Source: a virus | Length of the DNA stretch: 64,000 nt | Virus record (IMG/VR): IMGVR_UViG_3300045988_123818 | Strand: one strand, 5' to 3' | In this document: positions 44,965-53,843 of the stretch, piece after piece | Numbering within the stretch: the first letter of the stretch is position 1 | Layout: each line of letters begins with the position of its first letter | Notes under the pieces: generated by a model | Databases searched by the model: none | Told to the model about the DNA's origin: nothing | The model's input: only the letters and a program-made list of their open reading frames with translations | Translations under genes and position numbers: made by a program

Positions 44965-45006
44965 GAAAGGCGGATGAATAGGTTTTCCCTGTCCATCCGC
45001 CTTTTT
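44965..45006. terminator. bidirectional terminator at the convergence point
   Basis: gaaaggcggatg pairs with catccgcctttt. Confidence 0.6.
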
Positions 45007-45007
45007 G

Positions 45008-45361
45008 TTATTCCTCCTGTTTGCTTTGCTCGTACTGCTTGCACTTGTTGCGCAGCCATGACTCCAAGTTCTGTGTCTCCTCCATGAGCCGCTTCTTGCT
45101 TTCAAAGCTCAAAAGACTTGGTACTGTTGCGTGTACCCTACCAGTATATTTATTACGTACAAATATGTGAGTAAATACTTTACAATCGTGTTTGTTGGGC
45201 AATGGGATAATGCCGAACAGCTTTCTTTGTGAACAAAGATATATATATCCCATTAGGAAGACCTCCGCTACCTCCTCTCCGCTAATCTTCATTTCTTTTT
45301 CTGCTTCCAACATCATGTTGCTAACAGAAACCTCTGTGCTGTAGATAATTCTTTTCTCCAT
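45008..45361 (-). CDS. hypothetical protein (117 aa)
   Basis: ORF; last gene of the long minus-strand block. Confidence 0.65.
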   Translation of the reverse strand: MEKRIIYSTEVSVSNMMLEAEKEMKISGEEVAEVFLMGYIYLCSQRKLFGIIPLPNKHDCKVFTHIFVRNKYTGRVHATVPSLLSFESKKRLMEETQNLESWLRNKCKQYEQSKQEE

Positions 45362-45410
45362 AGTGTGTTTGTTTAATGCTACAACTTAATCCCACGGTGT
45401 TTTAATTGTT

Positions 45411-45593
45411 CTACGCTTCTAGTAACCTTTCGCACACAACACAAGCACCATTATGAGAATATTGATTATAACAAAAAAGGATAATCGGTATGAGCACTAC
45501 CCACCACGACCAGTTAATCACTCCGCAGATCTTCAACACGATAAAGGCGATCTGCAATGTTGCCATGAAAAATTCTAAAATGTTAATCTTCAT
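45411..45593 (-). CDS. 2-TM small membrane protein (60 aa)
   Basis: Two hydrophobic helices. Confidence 0.5.
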   Translation of the reverse strand: MKINILEFFMATLQIAFIVLKICGVINWSWWVVLIPIILFCYNQYSHNGACVVCERLLEA

Positions 45594-45598
45594 ATTAT

Positions 45599-45859
45599 TT
45601 AAATTTTATAAATTTGTGGTGGTATAAAACCACCTTTATTTTTATTCAAAAATTCATCGAAGGGCTTCTTCTTTTTCCCTCTTGGAACGCTCAGAAAAAC
45701 CATATCGAAGGACGGTTTGCTATATTCTCTATAAACATATTTATATCGATTATTATAACGGTCACTAATTTTCGTCAGTTTTATGTTATTCTTCTTGCAA
45801 GAAGGATATTCAACTGGAACTTCCTTCTTAGCCTTTTTCTTTGCAATACGTATTTTCAT
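45599..45859 (-). CDS. small basic protein (86 aa), N-terminus MKIRIAKKKAKK
   Basis: ORF. Its N-terminal motif is shared with the 46006 and 55252 genes. Confidence 0.5.
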   Translation of the reverse strand: MKIRIAKKKAKKEVPVEYPSCKKNNIKLTKISDRYNNRYKYVYREYSKPSFDMVFLSVPRGKKKKPFDEFLNKNKGGFIPPQIYKI

Positions 45860-46052
45860 GTCGCCTCCATTTTATAATGTTAAACCTTGAGCAGCGGAAG
45901 TAAGTCCTATAAGGGACAAACTCCCCCTTGCTCCTTTCCTCTTCCATGCGCCTTTGGTAGAGCATGGTCAGCTCACGACTCGCTTTCCGGTCTAACAGAT
46001 TGCCGTTATAGACTCTCCATCTTACTGGATATAGAAAAATCTGCCTTCCCAT
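45828..46052 (-). CDS. hypothetical protein (74 aa)
   Basis: ORF overlapping both neighbours. The start is uncertain. Confidence 0.4.
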   Translation of the reverse strand: MGRQIFLYPVRWRVYNGNLLDRKASRELTMLYQRRMEEERSKGEFVPYRTYFRCSRFNIIKWRRHENTYCKEKG

Positions 46053-46371
46053 TACTGTCCCCTTCCTTACCGCTTTGTTCGGCTTTTAATCGTTTCAACA
46101 TCTTGCGTAGTCTGTTTATCTCCCTTAACTTTGCCTCAACAGCACTCGACAGTTTCTGTGTATATTGAGGCAGTCGTCGCAAAGCTGCATTCAAGCGTTG
46201 GTCTAACTTCCAAGTTGCTGAAGGAGCGCCGCCCATCTGAGAACCATAGTAGTTCCAATGGCTTGTCCAATACGGATGATACTTATATCTACTGTGAGTG
46301 TCGCACATTCTACAATAGAAACCATAAGTAGCACTCGCCTTAATTATCTTCTTTGCCAATCTTGCTTTCAT
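46006..46371 (-). CDS. small basic protein (121 aa), N-terminus MKARLAKKIIK
   Basis: ORF. Confidence 0.55.
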   Translation of the reverse strand: MKARLAKKIIKASATYGFYCRMCDTHSRYKYHPYWTSHWNYYGSQMGGAPSATWKLDQRLNAALRRLPQYTQKLSSAVEAKLREINRLRKMLKRLKAEQSGKEGDSNGKADFSISSKMESL

Positions 46372-46374
46372 AGG

Positions 46375-46779
46375 CTATTCTTTTTTGATGTTCAACTTCT
46401 CCTGCCATTCCTTATCGTGGATAGAGCCAACAATCTCTACATCGCGTTTATAGTCGTTAACAACGACTCCATATAACGGCCATGTGCTTGTGAATAGAGG
46501 GATGGCATACACCACATCGAAGCAGTAACCGCGAACACCATCAACAACATGACCGATAACTTTGCCATTATGGGCGAGGATATCACCGTCATATATTTCC
46601 TTGCCGTTCTTGTCTTCCAGTCCTGTGTTACTGCCTACAGTCTCTGGATCAACCTCATACCCACCAACCATAGTACGAGGCTCTAAGCCTGTTGTTGTCA
46701 CTTTTTGGTTGTGAACCAAGTCACCATATCGCCAAGCGTCCGTAAAGACGTCTTTGCCACGAAATTTAATTGTTCTCAT
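46375..46779 (-). CDS. YopX-family protein
   Basis: IKFRGKD...GLEDKNGKEIYDGDIL...VEIVGSIHD fits the YopX pattern. Confidence 0.8.
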   Translation of the reverse strand: MRTIKFRGKDVFTDAWRYGDLVHNQKVTTTGLEPRTMVGGYEVDPETVGSNTGLEDKNGKEIYDGDILAHNGKVIGHVVDGVRGYCFDVVYAIPLFTSTWPLYGVVVNDYKRDVEIVGSIHDKEWQEKLNIKKE

Positions 46780-46782
46780 AAA

Positions 46783-46992
46783 TTATTCCTCCTTAAGTTT
46801 TACAGGTTCATCATTCCAGTTAAGCTCTCGTCCGATAAGCTTCTTTATGCTGCCATTAGGAAGTTGGAAACCATAGGCTCCATATCTATCTTGCGGCAAC
46901 CAATAGTTGTGCTCGACACAATCCCCAGCCCACATATCAGGCTTACAGTTGAATATCCATTCACCAATAAAATCTACCGCTACCCATGCCAT
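46783..46992 (-). CDS. hypothetical protein (69 aa)
   Basis: Packed ORF. Confidence 0.6.
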   Translation of the reverse strand: MAWVAVDFIGEWIFNCKPDMWAGDCVEHNYWLPQDRYGAYGFQLPNGSIKKLIGRELNWNDEPVKLKEE

Positions 46993-46994
46993 GA

Positions 46995-47372
46995 TTATTC
47001 CTCCTTTATGCCGAAGGGTGTACCATCGATAAATTTATACATCTTAAACATATATTCATAATCAAGCCAATTTTCTTTTGTACCAAAATTTATCCTGTCA
47101 TCCATAATACCTATAATATTGAAATATCCATGAGATGCTTTTATCCACCCAAAAGGCTGATGTTTCTGTATTTCCTGCCAACACTCTACTGCATCCTTAA
47201 ATGGGCGGTACTTGGGCTCTGACTTGATGCGGTATTCATTTGATTCAATATCGAATGTTGGCGTGGAGGTTCCGCTCCAATGTTCTTCGCCTAATTCTCT
47301 GTACTCTATTTTTCTGCCTTCTACGAACGCCTGTATAATAGGCAGAAGGTCTTTTGCTTCACTACGATTCAT
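46995..47372 (-). CDS. hypothetical protein (125 aa)
   Basis: Packed ORF. Confidence 0.7.
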   Translation of the reverse strand: MNRSEAKDLLPIIQAFVEGRKIEYRELGEEHWSGTSTPTFDIESNEYRIKSEPKYRPFKDAVECWQEIQKHQPFGWIKASHGYFNIIGIMDDRINFGTKENWLDYEYMFKMYKFIDGTPFGIKEE

Positions 47373-47395
47373 TGTTACTACTATTTGATTGTTAA

Positions 47396-47737
47396 TTATT
47401 CCATGGATATATTTATAAAATTTTTAACCTCCTGCAAATACAGACCTCCACAATCCTTTTCAAGCTCAATCATTTTTTGCTTGCTAAAGTTTGCGAGTTT
47501 TATCATTTCGACGGTTTGCACATCTTCGAGTTTCTGTACTATTCGAGCTTGTATTAGCAACCATGCTCCTCTTTCAAAATCTGTTATGTGGCTTTTCTCA
47601 GTCTTACTCAGGGCATGTCGACAAGCTCCGCACAGTTCTCGCATTCTTTTTTCGAGTTGCTCAAAGGTGTATTGTCTCCAATGATAGCCAATATAATCGC
47701 CATATATTACAGCTTCTTTTAATATTTCTTCGTTCAT
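47396..47737 (-). CDS. hypothetical protein (113 aa)
   Basis: Packed ORF. Confidence 0.65.
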   Translation of the reverse strand: MNEEILKEAVIYGDYIGYHWRQYTFEQLEKRMRELCGACRHALSKTEKSHITDFERGAWLLIQARIVQKLEDVQTVEMIKLANFSKQKMIELEKDCGGLYLQEVKNFINISME

Positions 47738-48057
47738 TTTTCTTCCTCCAATTCTTTTACAATCATTTTTACTCGCTCATATACAGAGCCGTTCCAACCA
47801 TCTTCTTGATAGTGATTATCATTGACATAATCGTCCACTCTGTTTATGAAGTCTTCAGAACTAACACCTTCTTCGTAATCCTTTTGGTCGGAAAGTTCAG
47901 AAAGAAGGCCAAAGCAATCCTTGTGCATTTTGAGTGTGCATCTACCCTCTTGTTGGAACTGACGAATATACCTATCGCCAACTTCTATAGGACAATTGCA
48001 TAAACAACAAGTGTGAGGCTTACGAGCTTTATGTTCAGTGTTAATGATGTCGTACAT
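47734..48057 (-). CDS. Cys-rich protein (107 aa), HTCCLCNC...HKDC
   Basis: ORF with a probable zinc-binding N-terminal cluster. Confidence 0.65.
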   Translation of the reverse strand: MYDIINTEHKARKPHTCCLCNCPIEVGDRYIRQFQQEGRCTLKMHKDCFGLLSELSDQKDYEEGVSSEDFINRVDDYVNDNHYQEDGWNGSVYERVKMIVKELEEEK

Positions 48058-48059
48058 GT

Positions 48060-48686
48060 CTAATATTTTTTACCTCCATGATGATAAGACCGCGTCTCGT
48101 TGTATTTCAACTTAGTGTTTATATGCCAAACAATGTCTATACCAAGACTATTTGCATAGTCTATACAAAGATACGCTATGTTGCATAATCTAATAATTGT
48201 GCTTCGATTCTGAAATTCCCTTACATCACAGTCCATTAGAAGTTTCGTCAAGTCGTAGACATTTTCAGCTACTGTCTGTTCCTTTATTCTCTCTCTTGTA
48301 GCAGGGAACAAGCCTCTGTCTTCGTCCTCTATTGGTAGTTCTAACGATGCAAGACATGACACAATACGTATCACAACATCTGCAAGTTCGTCTTCAACAG
48401 TATCTTTGACTGTTAGTTCAAACCAGTTTTTGAAAACCTTAGAATCGCTAATATAATTATGTGCTTCTGATAGAGTCATTGAGTACAATGGATCTGTACT
48501 ATCCTTTATACAATCCATAATAATATTTCTCGACCATCTGTCTTTTCTGTCTGCTTCCAACATTTCCGACAGTTCACTTATTATAAGGGCCATGAAACGT
48601 TTGTAATTTTTCATAACTCCCCATCCATTGCTTTTGTTTATTTCATTTGCATTTTTACTGATTGCTTGTAATGTTTCTTTTTCCAT
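48060..48686 (-). CDS. MazG-like all-alpha NTP pyrophosphohydrolase
   Basis: Contains ELSEMLEA and DELADVVIRI, and a C-terminal KLKYNETRSYHHGGKKY. Confidence 0.75.
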   Translation of the reverse strand: MEKETLQAISKNANEINKSNGWGVMKNYKRFMALIISELSEMLEADRKDRWSRNIIMDCIKDSTDPLYSMTLSEAHNYISDSKVFKNWFELTVKDTVEDELADVVIRIVSCLASLELPIEDEDRGLFPATRERIKEQTVAENVYDLTKLLMDCDVREFQNRSTIIRLCNIAYLCIDYANSLGIDIVWHINTKLKYNETRSYHHGGKKY

Positions 48687-48738
48687 GTTTTTTTTGTTTT
48701 AATATCTCCCTGCTGTCACAAGGAAGACGTTGACATAG

Positions 48739-48882
48739 TTATTTTCTTTTACGTTTTCTGTTTTGCAGATACTGTCCGTATTCTTTTGGTGAGCTTGTAA
48801 ATATTGGACCGCAAGCTTCCATAATCACAGGCTTGTTGTAATAAAGTCTGTATATGTTTTCTATCCGTTCTATATTGTTCAT
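48739..48882 (-). CDS. 47-aa basic mini-protein
   Basis: Below the ORF-track cutoff. ATGA overlap with the upstream gene's stop. Confidence 0.4.
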   Translation of the reverse strand: MNNIERIENIYRLYYNKPVIMEACGPIFTSSPKEYGQYLQNRKRKRK

Positions 48883-49139
48883 TTCCTTTCCTTTTTTATC
48901 CATCCTTGTTCTACACAATAGTCATAAGCCTTTTGTATTGCCTCGGTAGGAGTGTTTTCTTCTTCAACAGGGAAATAATAATGCTCACCATCCGACCAAT
49001 AAAGATGCCATTTACTGCCATAAAGACATAAAAGGGGTGTATACTCTCCTTTATCACTCATTCGTGCTACACCATCATCAGGATCGATGTCAATAGTTGG
49101 TAGTGACATGAGCATTTTGTCAATTATATTCTCCATCAT
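48879..49139 (-). CDS. hypothetical protein (86 aa)
   Basis: Coupled ORF. Confidence 0.65.
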   Translation of the reverse strand: MMENIIDKMLMSLPTIDIDPDDGVARMSDKGEYTPLLCLYGSKWHLYWSDGEHYYFPVEEENTPTEAIQKAYDYCVEQGWIKKERK

Positions 49140-49543
49140 TTTTTGTCCTCCAAAAAATCAATGTTAAGTTTATACTTCTCTTTTACTTTCTTGAATTTAT
49201 CCAAGAGGAAAGGGTTTTGCAAGATTGCATCCTTTACTTCTTGTACAGTACCATATTCAACTAATACGATAGTCTTACTACCTGGGCGTTCATCATCTGG
49301 AGAATAAGGGACACCGTAACATGTGTAAGGTACTCCGTCTGACAAGTAACGTAGAAAGGTTCCAGTATTCCCATCTAAAATCTCATCAGTTATGATTCTG
49401 TCAATCTCTTGAAAATCCTTATACTCTTTTCGTGTAAGATTAAATTTGATTCCCAAAGGATAATGCCCAACACAGCCATCAGTACCGAAGTATATTATGC
49501 GGTTTGGCTGCTTATTATGTTCTACTGGTTCAAATGTTGACAT
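49136..49543 (-). CDS. hypothetical protein (135 aa)
   Basis: Coupled ORF. Confidence 0.7.
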   Translation of the reverse strand: MSTFEPVEHNKQPNRIIYFGTDGCVGHYPLGIKFNLTRKEYKDFQEIDRIITDEILDGNTGTFLRYLSDGVPYTCYGVPYSPDDERPGSKTIVLVEYGTVQEVKDAILQNPFLLDKFKKVKEKYKLNIDFLEDKK

Positions 49544-49545
49544 AG

Positions 49546-49722
49546 TTACAAATTTTCTATTTTTTCTATAAGTTGTTTACGTGAAAGTCCACTATAGTAA
49601 TATTCACCATGTACTGTTAGGACAGAACTATTTTCACCGCACCAATCATGGATTTCCTTGATGTCTGATACTGGAATACTAACAGTATCGCGTGTACCAG
49701 AAATTACTTCTATAAACTTCAT
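49546..49722 (-). CDS. 58-aa mini-protein
   Basis: Hand-translated as MKFIEVISGTRDTV...IEKIENL. Fills a gap in the operon and has an ATGA overlap. Confidence 0.5.
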   Translation of the reverse strand: MKFIEVISGTRDTVSIPVSDIKEIHDWCGENSSVLTVHGEYYYSGLSRKQLIEKIENL

Positions 49723-49877
49723 TGTTCTTCTTCATTTCTTGGTTTTAAATTTTCACAACGGCATGTTGCTTCTCCGAAATTGATATTGGCAGGGAAAAAG
49801 TGATAATAACTACAATATCCACCAAATAGGTCCGCATAAGGACAGCACGGACAATCCCCTTGTATTACATTCTTCAT
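49719..49877 (-). CDS. 52-aa Cys-rich mini-protein
   Basis: Hand-translated as MKNVIQGDCPCCPY...CRCENLKPRNEEEQ. Confidence 0.5.
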   Translation of the reverse strand: MKNVIQGDCPCCPYADLFGGYCSYYHFFPANINFGEATCRCENLKPRNEEEQ

Positions 49878-49891
49878 CTTTGTTTATTTAT

Positions 49892-49916
49892 CTCTCCCTG
49901 CTGTCACCAGGGAGAG
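49892..49916. repeat. perfect 9-bp hairpin CTCTCCCTG-ctgtcac-CAGGGAGAG
   Basis: Intergenic within the operon. A degenerate copy lies at 48705-48727 and a half copy at 56175-56189. Confidence 0.55.
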
Positions 49917-49928
49917 GAGTGATTAAAT

Positions 49929-50063
49929 TTAAAGATTACCTGATGTTCCATCCCAAGAGTAAACAAACTCTCCTAAGGATTTCCAACCTAAACAAATTTC
50001 TCCATGTTTTCTATAATCACAAGTATTATAGCTTTTACATTTAGAGCAATCTGGCTTACTCAT
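49929..50063 (-). CDS. 44-aa Cys-containing mini-protein
   Basis: Hand-translated as MSKPDCSKCKSYNTCDYRKHGEIC... Has an 8-nt overlap with the upstream gene's end. Confidence 0.45.
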   Translation of the reverse strand: MSKPDCSKCKSYNTCDYRKHGEICLGWKSLGEFVYSWDGTSGNL

Positions 50064-50565
50064 CTACAACCTCCCAATCTTCCGCAAATACATCAGATGA
50101 GGAAGGAACCCAAGAGTCTGCTCTACCATCTGGATTGATGATAAGCATCTGATTAGTGTAGTCAATGTGAGGATTCTCACGACTCATCAAGATATTCTTG
50201 GCAGACTGAGGGAGTGACTGCATATTTGGGATGATGTCAGCTTCAATGTGTGAAGGAACCTGCTTTACGATAAACAATCCCTTACCATTCCATCCCTTGC
50301 GTCTTACAGCAAGACCAGCCTTCAGTAATTTAATAGCACCACCGAAGTTAACAGAACCTATTTCAGAATAGGCTTCCTCAAACACACTCTTAGGAGACCA
50401 AGACTTATATCCGTCTTTGTACTCTACTAAGTAGCCATCTTCCTCAACGGTTGCTGGCTTCAGTTCTCTACCAAGCACTTTCTGTGCTTCTGTCATAGTC
50501 ATAGGCTCTGCCATAATGACCTTCATACCAATAAACTTTTTCATATTATTTATATTTAATCCCAT
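50056..50565 (-). CDS. DUF2829 (Tad2/MW1434-like) protein with an N-terminal extension
   Basis: FGGAIKLLKAGLAVRRKGWNGKG...SWVPSSSDVFAEDWEVV matches the DUF2829 pattern. The N-terminal EDGYLVEYKDGYKSWSPKSVFEEAY is a common fusion partner. Confidence 0.8.
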   Translation of the reverse strand: MGLNINNMKKFIGMKVIMAEPMTMTEAQKVLGRELKPATVEEDGYLVEYKDGYKSWSPKSVFEEAYSEIGSVNFGGAIKLLKAGLAVRRKGWNGKGLFIVKQVPSHIEADIIPNMQSLPQSAKNILMSRENPHIDYTNQMLIINPDGRADSWVPSSSDVFAEDWEVVDE

Positions 50566-50897
50566 AAGGGATGGTTAATAAGTCCAAACTCGTAGACGAA
50601 GACGTAGGGGTTGCGCTTCCATGTGCCTTTTCCTGCGATCTTGTCAATGAGCAGGGAGTATGGTTTTTTGGCTGTCCCATAGGTGGCAGATTCATCTGTG
50701 ATGCTGTAAAAATGCGCCTTGTTTATTCTGCTCTCAAAATCCACGATACCCTCAGCCAAACAATCCTCTTCGCTGATGTCTTGCAGACGCTCGATACGTA
50801 TGTCGGTGGACTGGTATGCCGTGACGTATTCGTCCTCAAAGGCCATGTGTGCGGTCTCACGGAACTTGACGTTTTCGAGGGAGAAGGGACAGCTCAT
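50556..50897 (-). CDS. hypothetical protein, possibly ASCH/PUA-like
   Basis: The support is weak: RLQDISEEDCLAEGI...WKRNPYVFVYEF resembles the C-terminal ASCH pattern. Confidence 0.45.
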   Translation of the reverse strand: MSCPFSLENVKFRETAHMAFEDEYVTAYQSTDIRIERLQDISEEDCLAEGIVDFESRINKAHFYSITDESATYGTAKKPYSLLIDKIAGKGTWKRNPYVFVYEFGLINHPLWD

Positions 50898-51616
50898 TTG
50901 CTGCCTCCTTCCGTGGATGGAACTTTTGTGCCGAGGAGGTGGGCGGTGTGCTCGTTGTAGGGGATGCAGTAACGAAAATTATTGCCTAAACAAGCATAAG
51001 GAAAGTCTTTATCATCCCCCCTGTAATGTGAGAAACAGTTAGCGTACCAGTCATGTTCTTTACAGTCTCTCACTAATACTTTGTCGAACGGCTTGAACGG
51101 ACATTCGGGCTTTATTGGCTCAACTTGCAGGGTTTCGGGATTATATTTGCCATTGTAGTGCTCCTCTGCGTCAACAATAAAGCCTCTCGCGAATTCTTCA
51201 GACTCCTTGTAGAATGATTCTACGGCAAACACAATATCTTCATCCCATTCGTCTACTTCTGCATGATGTACGATTGACGCATAAAACGACGTGTAATCAT
51301 CGCTCTCCCAACCCTTAAAAACAGCTTGTGCCCCATCATCTATACTGCGCACCACGTCTCCTCGCTTGAAGAACTTTGTCCAGTCGCGCATTTCTGAGGA
51401 GGGGAAGAGGAGACATTCTGCAGAAGGATATTTTTCATAAAGTCTACCATCAGAAGTAAAATTACCTTTGCGGTCAATGCCGGTAGCTATCCATATTGGA
51501 TATGCAGAATTACTGTATATTTTCCAAAGTTCGATCTCGCCATATATCGGTGAGTACAGCTTTATCCCCTTCGGGCAGTCTTTCAATATCTCTGCTATGT
51601 TAATCTTGTTTTCCAT
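50894..51616 (-). CDS. hypothetical protein (240 aa)
   Basis: Coupled ORF. Confidence 0.7.
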   Translation of the reverse strand: MENKINIAEILKDCPKGIKLYSPIYGEIELWKIYSNSAYPIWIATGIDRKGNFTSDGRLYEKYPSAECLLFPSSEMRDWTKFFKRGDVVRSIDDGAQAVFKGWESDDYTSFYASIVHHAEVDEWDEDIVFAVESFYKESEEFARGFIVDAEEHYNGKYNPETLQVEPIKPECPFKPFDKVLVRDCKEHDWYANCFSHYRGDDKDFPYACLGNNFRYCIPYNEHTAHLLGTKVPSTEGGSK

Positions 51617-51652
51617 TGTTGTAATTTTTATTGTAACACATTTCCAAAAATT

Positions 51653-51901
51653 CTATTTTCCCGTTGGTATTTCTTCGTCAGTTCCATGCGTGACCGAATC
51701 TAATTGTCTGCAAATCTGCTTGTACATCAGCTTGCACCATTCGTCGGCAGGAGTGCCGTTTAGGCTGTCAGCATACTCCTTGATGGTAGTCAGAGCTACA
51801 TATGCGCCAACGTAAGCACTATTCATGTCGCTCTCTCGTGATTCTTCTTCTGTCACTCCACCCAGAAGGAGGATAAGCCATGTCTTGATTTTCTTCTTCA
51901 T
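51653..51901 (-). CDS. small protein with an N-terminal signal-like segment (82 aa)
   Basis: N-terminus MKKKIKTWLILLLGG. Confidence 0.6.
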   Translation of the reverse strand: MKKKIKTWLILLLGGVTEEESRESDMNSAYVGAYVALTTIKEYADSLNGTPADEWCKLMYKQICRQLDSVTHGTDEEIPTGK

Positions 51902-52146
51902 AGTTGTATGTTTCGTAGGATGAAAGGTTGTGAGGATTGAGTCCTTAGAAGATGGACTTTGACTAACTTGTGTACAGCACGTGGCTGCGCCTTGTTAAAA
52001 TCATTAACTATACGACGTTCAAGTTCTGTGTGCCATACAGGTTTATCTGTGCCAGGAAGAGTGATTTCGGCACGGACTCGCTGACCGTTGTCAAAAGTGA
52101 GAATAGCTGTGCGCTGCTCACGAGGTACAAATGGATTGTGTTTCAT
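51898..52146 (-). CDS. hypothetical protein (82 aa)
   Basis: Coupled ORF. Confidence 0.6.
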   Translation of the reverse strand: MKHNPFVPREQRTAILTFDNGQRVRAEITLPGTDKPVWHTELERRIVNDFNKAQPRAVHKLVKVHLLRTQSSQPFILRNIQL

Positions 52147-52253
52147 TTCGCACTCCTTTCTGATATAGATTGTATCGTTTTGTTATTATTTACTTTGATG
52201 TTTATAGGAGTATCTTCTTTGAAGTATTCCCATAATGTGTGCTCTTCTTTCAT
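52143..52253 (-). CDS. 36-aa mini-ORF
   Basis: Hand-translated as MKEEHTLWEYFKED... ATGA overlap with the next gene. Confidence 0.35.
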   Translation of the reverse strand: MKEEHTLWEYFKEDTPINIKVNNNKTIQSISERSAK

Positions 52254-52395
52254 TACTCTGTTGTTTTTATCGTTTCTTTACATTCTCATACAGCTCCACG
52301 ATTTCCTCGTCTGTCAGCTCACCTTCCTTGTCCAGTCCATACAGAAAGAATTTCTCCTTTGATATGGACGTCACACCTGCCTGTGCTGCAAACAC

Positions 52396-52914
52396 CTATA
52401 TACCTCTTAGTGTGCCCGTCTTGCGGAATATGTCCACTATCTTTCGCACGTAGGCGATGAAGTTTTGTGTCTGCTTGTCGTAGACAATTCTGCAATCTTT
52501 CGTCGGCTCATCTTTGTCTGACGGTTCTTCTGTTCTGCTGTCAAACAGTTCCTCTATAGCGCCGATATTCAACCCAGCCTTGCGCAATTGGTTGCCGTAC
52601 GCCTTTAAGCTGCCGCACAGTTGCTTCACTACCTCCACCGTATAGCGTGCGCCCTTCAGTTTCTCATACTCCTCATTGAGATTGTCGTACTGCTTTTTCA
52701 GGTGCTTGTATTCGCCCTCAATGGCGCTTTGCTTGTTCTTCGCCTCCATGCGCTCAAGCATATTGCGGTAGAGCACGTCCTTCTGCTCTACGAGCATGTT
52801 CAGACGCTCGTTCTCCTTTTTTAGCTCATCGCGCTCTGCCACCACCTTGTCGTAGTTGCGCAGTATTATACGTGCTTGGTCTATAGGCGAGAGGTCTTTG
52901 TTGAATGTTGTCAT
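52396..52914 (-). CDS. coiled-coil protein (172 aa)
   Basis: ORF with a heptad-like K/E/L-rich centre. Confidence 0.7.
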   Translation of the reverse strand: MTTFNKDLSPIDQARIILRNYDKVVAERDELKKENERLNMLVEQKDVLYRNMLERMEAKNKQSAIEGEYKHLKKQYDNLNEEYEKLKGARYTVEVVKQLCGSLKAYGNQLRKAGLNIGAIEELFDSRTEEPSDKDEPTKDCRIVYDKQTQNFIAYVRKIVDIFRKTGTLRGI

Positions 52915-52927
52915 AATTGTAATAGTT

Positions 52928-53224
52928 TTATTGCTTATTGTTATTCGATTCTACTATGCAACTCAGTTGTTCTACCTGCTGCTGCAACTTAAACATCTCC
53001 TTGCTCGCATGGTCTCTCTCCATTCTCGCCTCTGCCACAAGTGCCGAACCTACAACCACGCTCGCTATCAACACCACCGCCACGCAAACCCATGGCAGTC
53101 TATGAGCAAAGCTATTAATGTCTCTACTTACGCCCTTAGCAAAGGCCCAGCCGTATTTTAAGGCATACACACCTGCTTCTCTTGTCGTGGCATTAGCCAC
53201 AAAGTCTATTCTTGTTGTCTTCAT
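52928..53224 (-). CDS. single-TM protein (98 aa)
   Basis: Central hydrophobic helix WVCVAVVLIASVVVGSALV. Confidence 0.6.
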   Translation of the reverse strand: MKTTRIDFVANATTREAGVYALKYGWAFAKGVSRDINSFAHRLPWVCVAVVLIASVVVGSALVAEARMERDHASKEMFKLQQQVEQLSCIVESNNNKQ

Positions 53225-53240
53225 ATTTCTTTAGTTTTAG

Positions 53241-53843
53241 TTATTTTCTTAGCGATTTACCTCTGAACACGATTTTCTTAGTTATCGCCCTCAGTCTGTC
53301 TACGGTTCGCTCCCCATATTTCTCCACCATCTTCTCTTGCGACAAATTAGTCGTGAACATCAGCAGCTTGCCTTTCTTCTCCGCCTCGTCTACAATGTCT
53401 GGGAACCTGAGGTTTCTGTTGCCATAATTTACATCCACCGATTCCTTGCCCACATCATCTATATATATAATGTGTTTCTTTACGATGTCGTCGAATTTAC
53501 TGTTCAAGTCTTTCGCGTCATATAGAGAGATTATCTTTCTTGGGAAGTGATAAAAGTTAAACAGCACCGGGAGAATCTTTGCGCCTATCAGCGTTTTGCC
53601 TCTTCCACACTCGCCACAAAGCCACAGGCCACGCCCCTTGTTGTCCGTCAGCCATTCCGCCACTTCCTCGTATTCCGACTGCCATACAGCGCCCTCACCG
53701 CAATAGTATTTCAGCCCGTTACACAGCAACAACTTTGCGTTGTCAATGTGTATGCTTACCTTCTTCGGAGACCCAAAGAAGCCTGTACCTTGCAGCGCCA
53801 GCTCATATTCCTCCCACACGGTTTTTATGTCTTTTCCTACCAT
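53241..53843 (-). CDS. DnaC/IstB-like AAA+ helicase loader
   Basis: Walker A GECGRGKT, Walker B IIYIDDVG, and a downstream sensor region. Confidence 0.8.
   Translation of the reverse strand: MVGKDIKTVWEEYELALQGTGFFGSPKKVSIHIDNAKLLLCNGLKYYCGEGAVWQSEYEEVAEWLTDNKGRGLWLCGECGRGKTLIGAKILPVLFNFYHFPRKIISLYDAKDLNSKFDDIVKKHIIYIDDVGKESVDVNYGNRNLRFPDIVDEAEKKGKLLMFTTNLSQEKMVEKYGERTVDRLRAITKKIVFRGKSLRK

Noticed and set aside
52267-52398. The reading frame of the 172-aa gene continues in-frame past its TAG stop for 43 more sense codons (from the GTG at 52393-52395 to the TAA at 52267-52269) with protein-like sequence (…SKEKFFLYGLDKEGELTDEEIVELYENVKKR). This suggested TAG recoding or readthrough, as seen in some gut phages.
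   Set aside because: All long genes, including the 4970-codon ORF, are intact under the standard code, and the tRNA-like element has no CTA anticodon. A separate small ORF starting at a GTG (52393 or 52374) is a simpler explanation. Readthrough is not excluded, but nothing here supports it.
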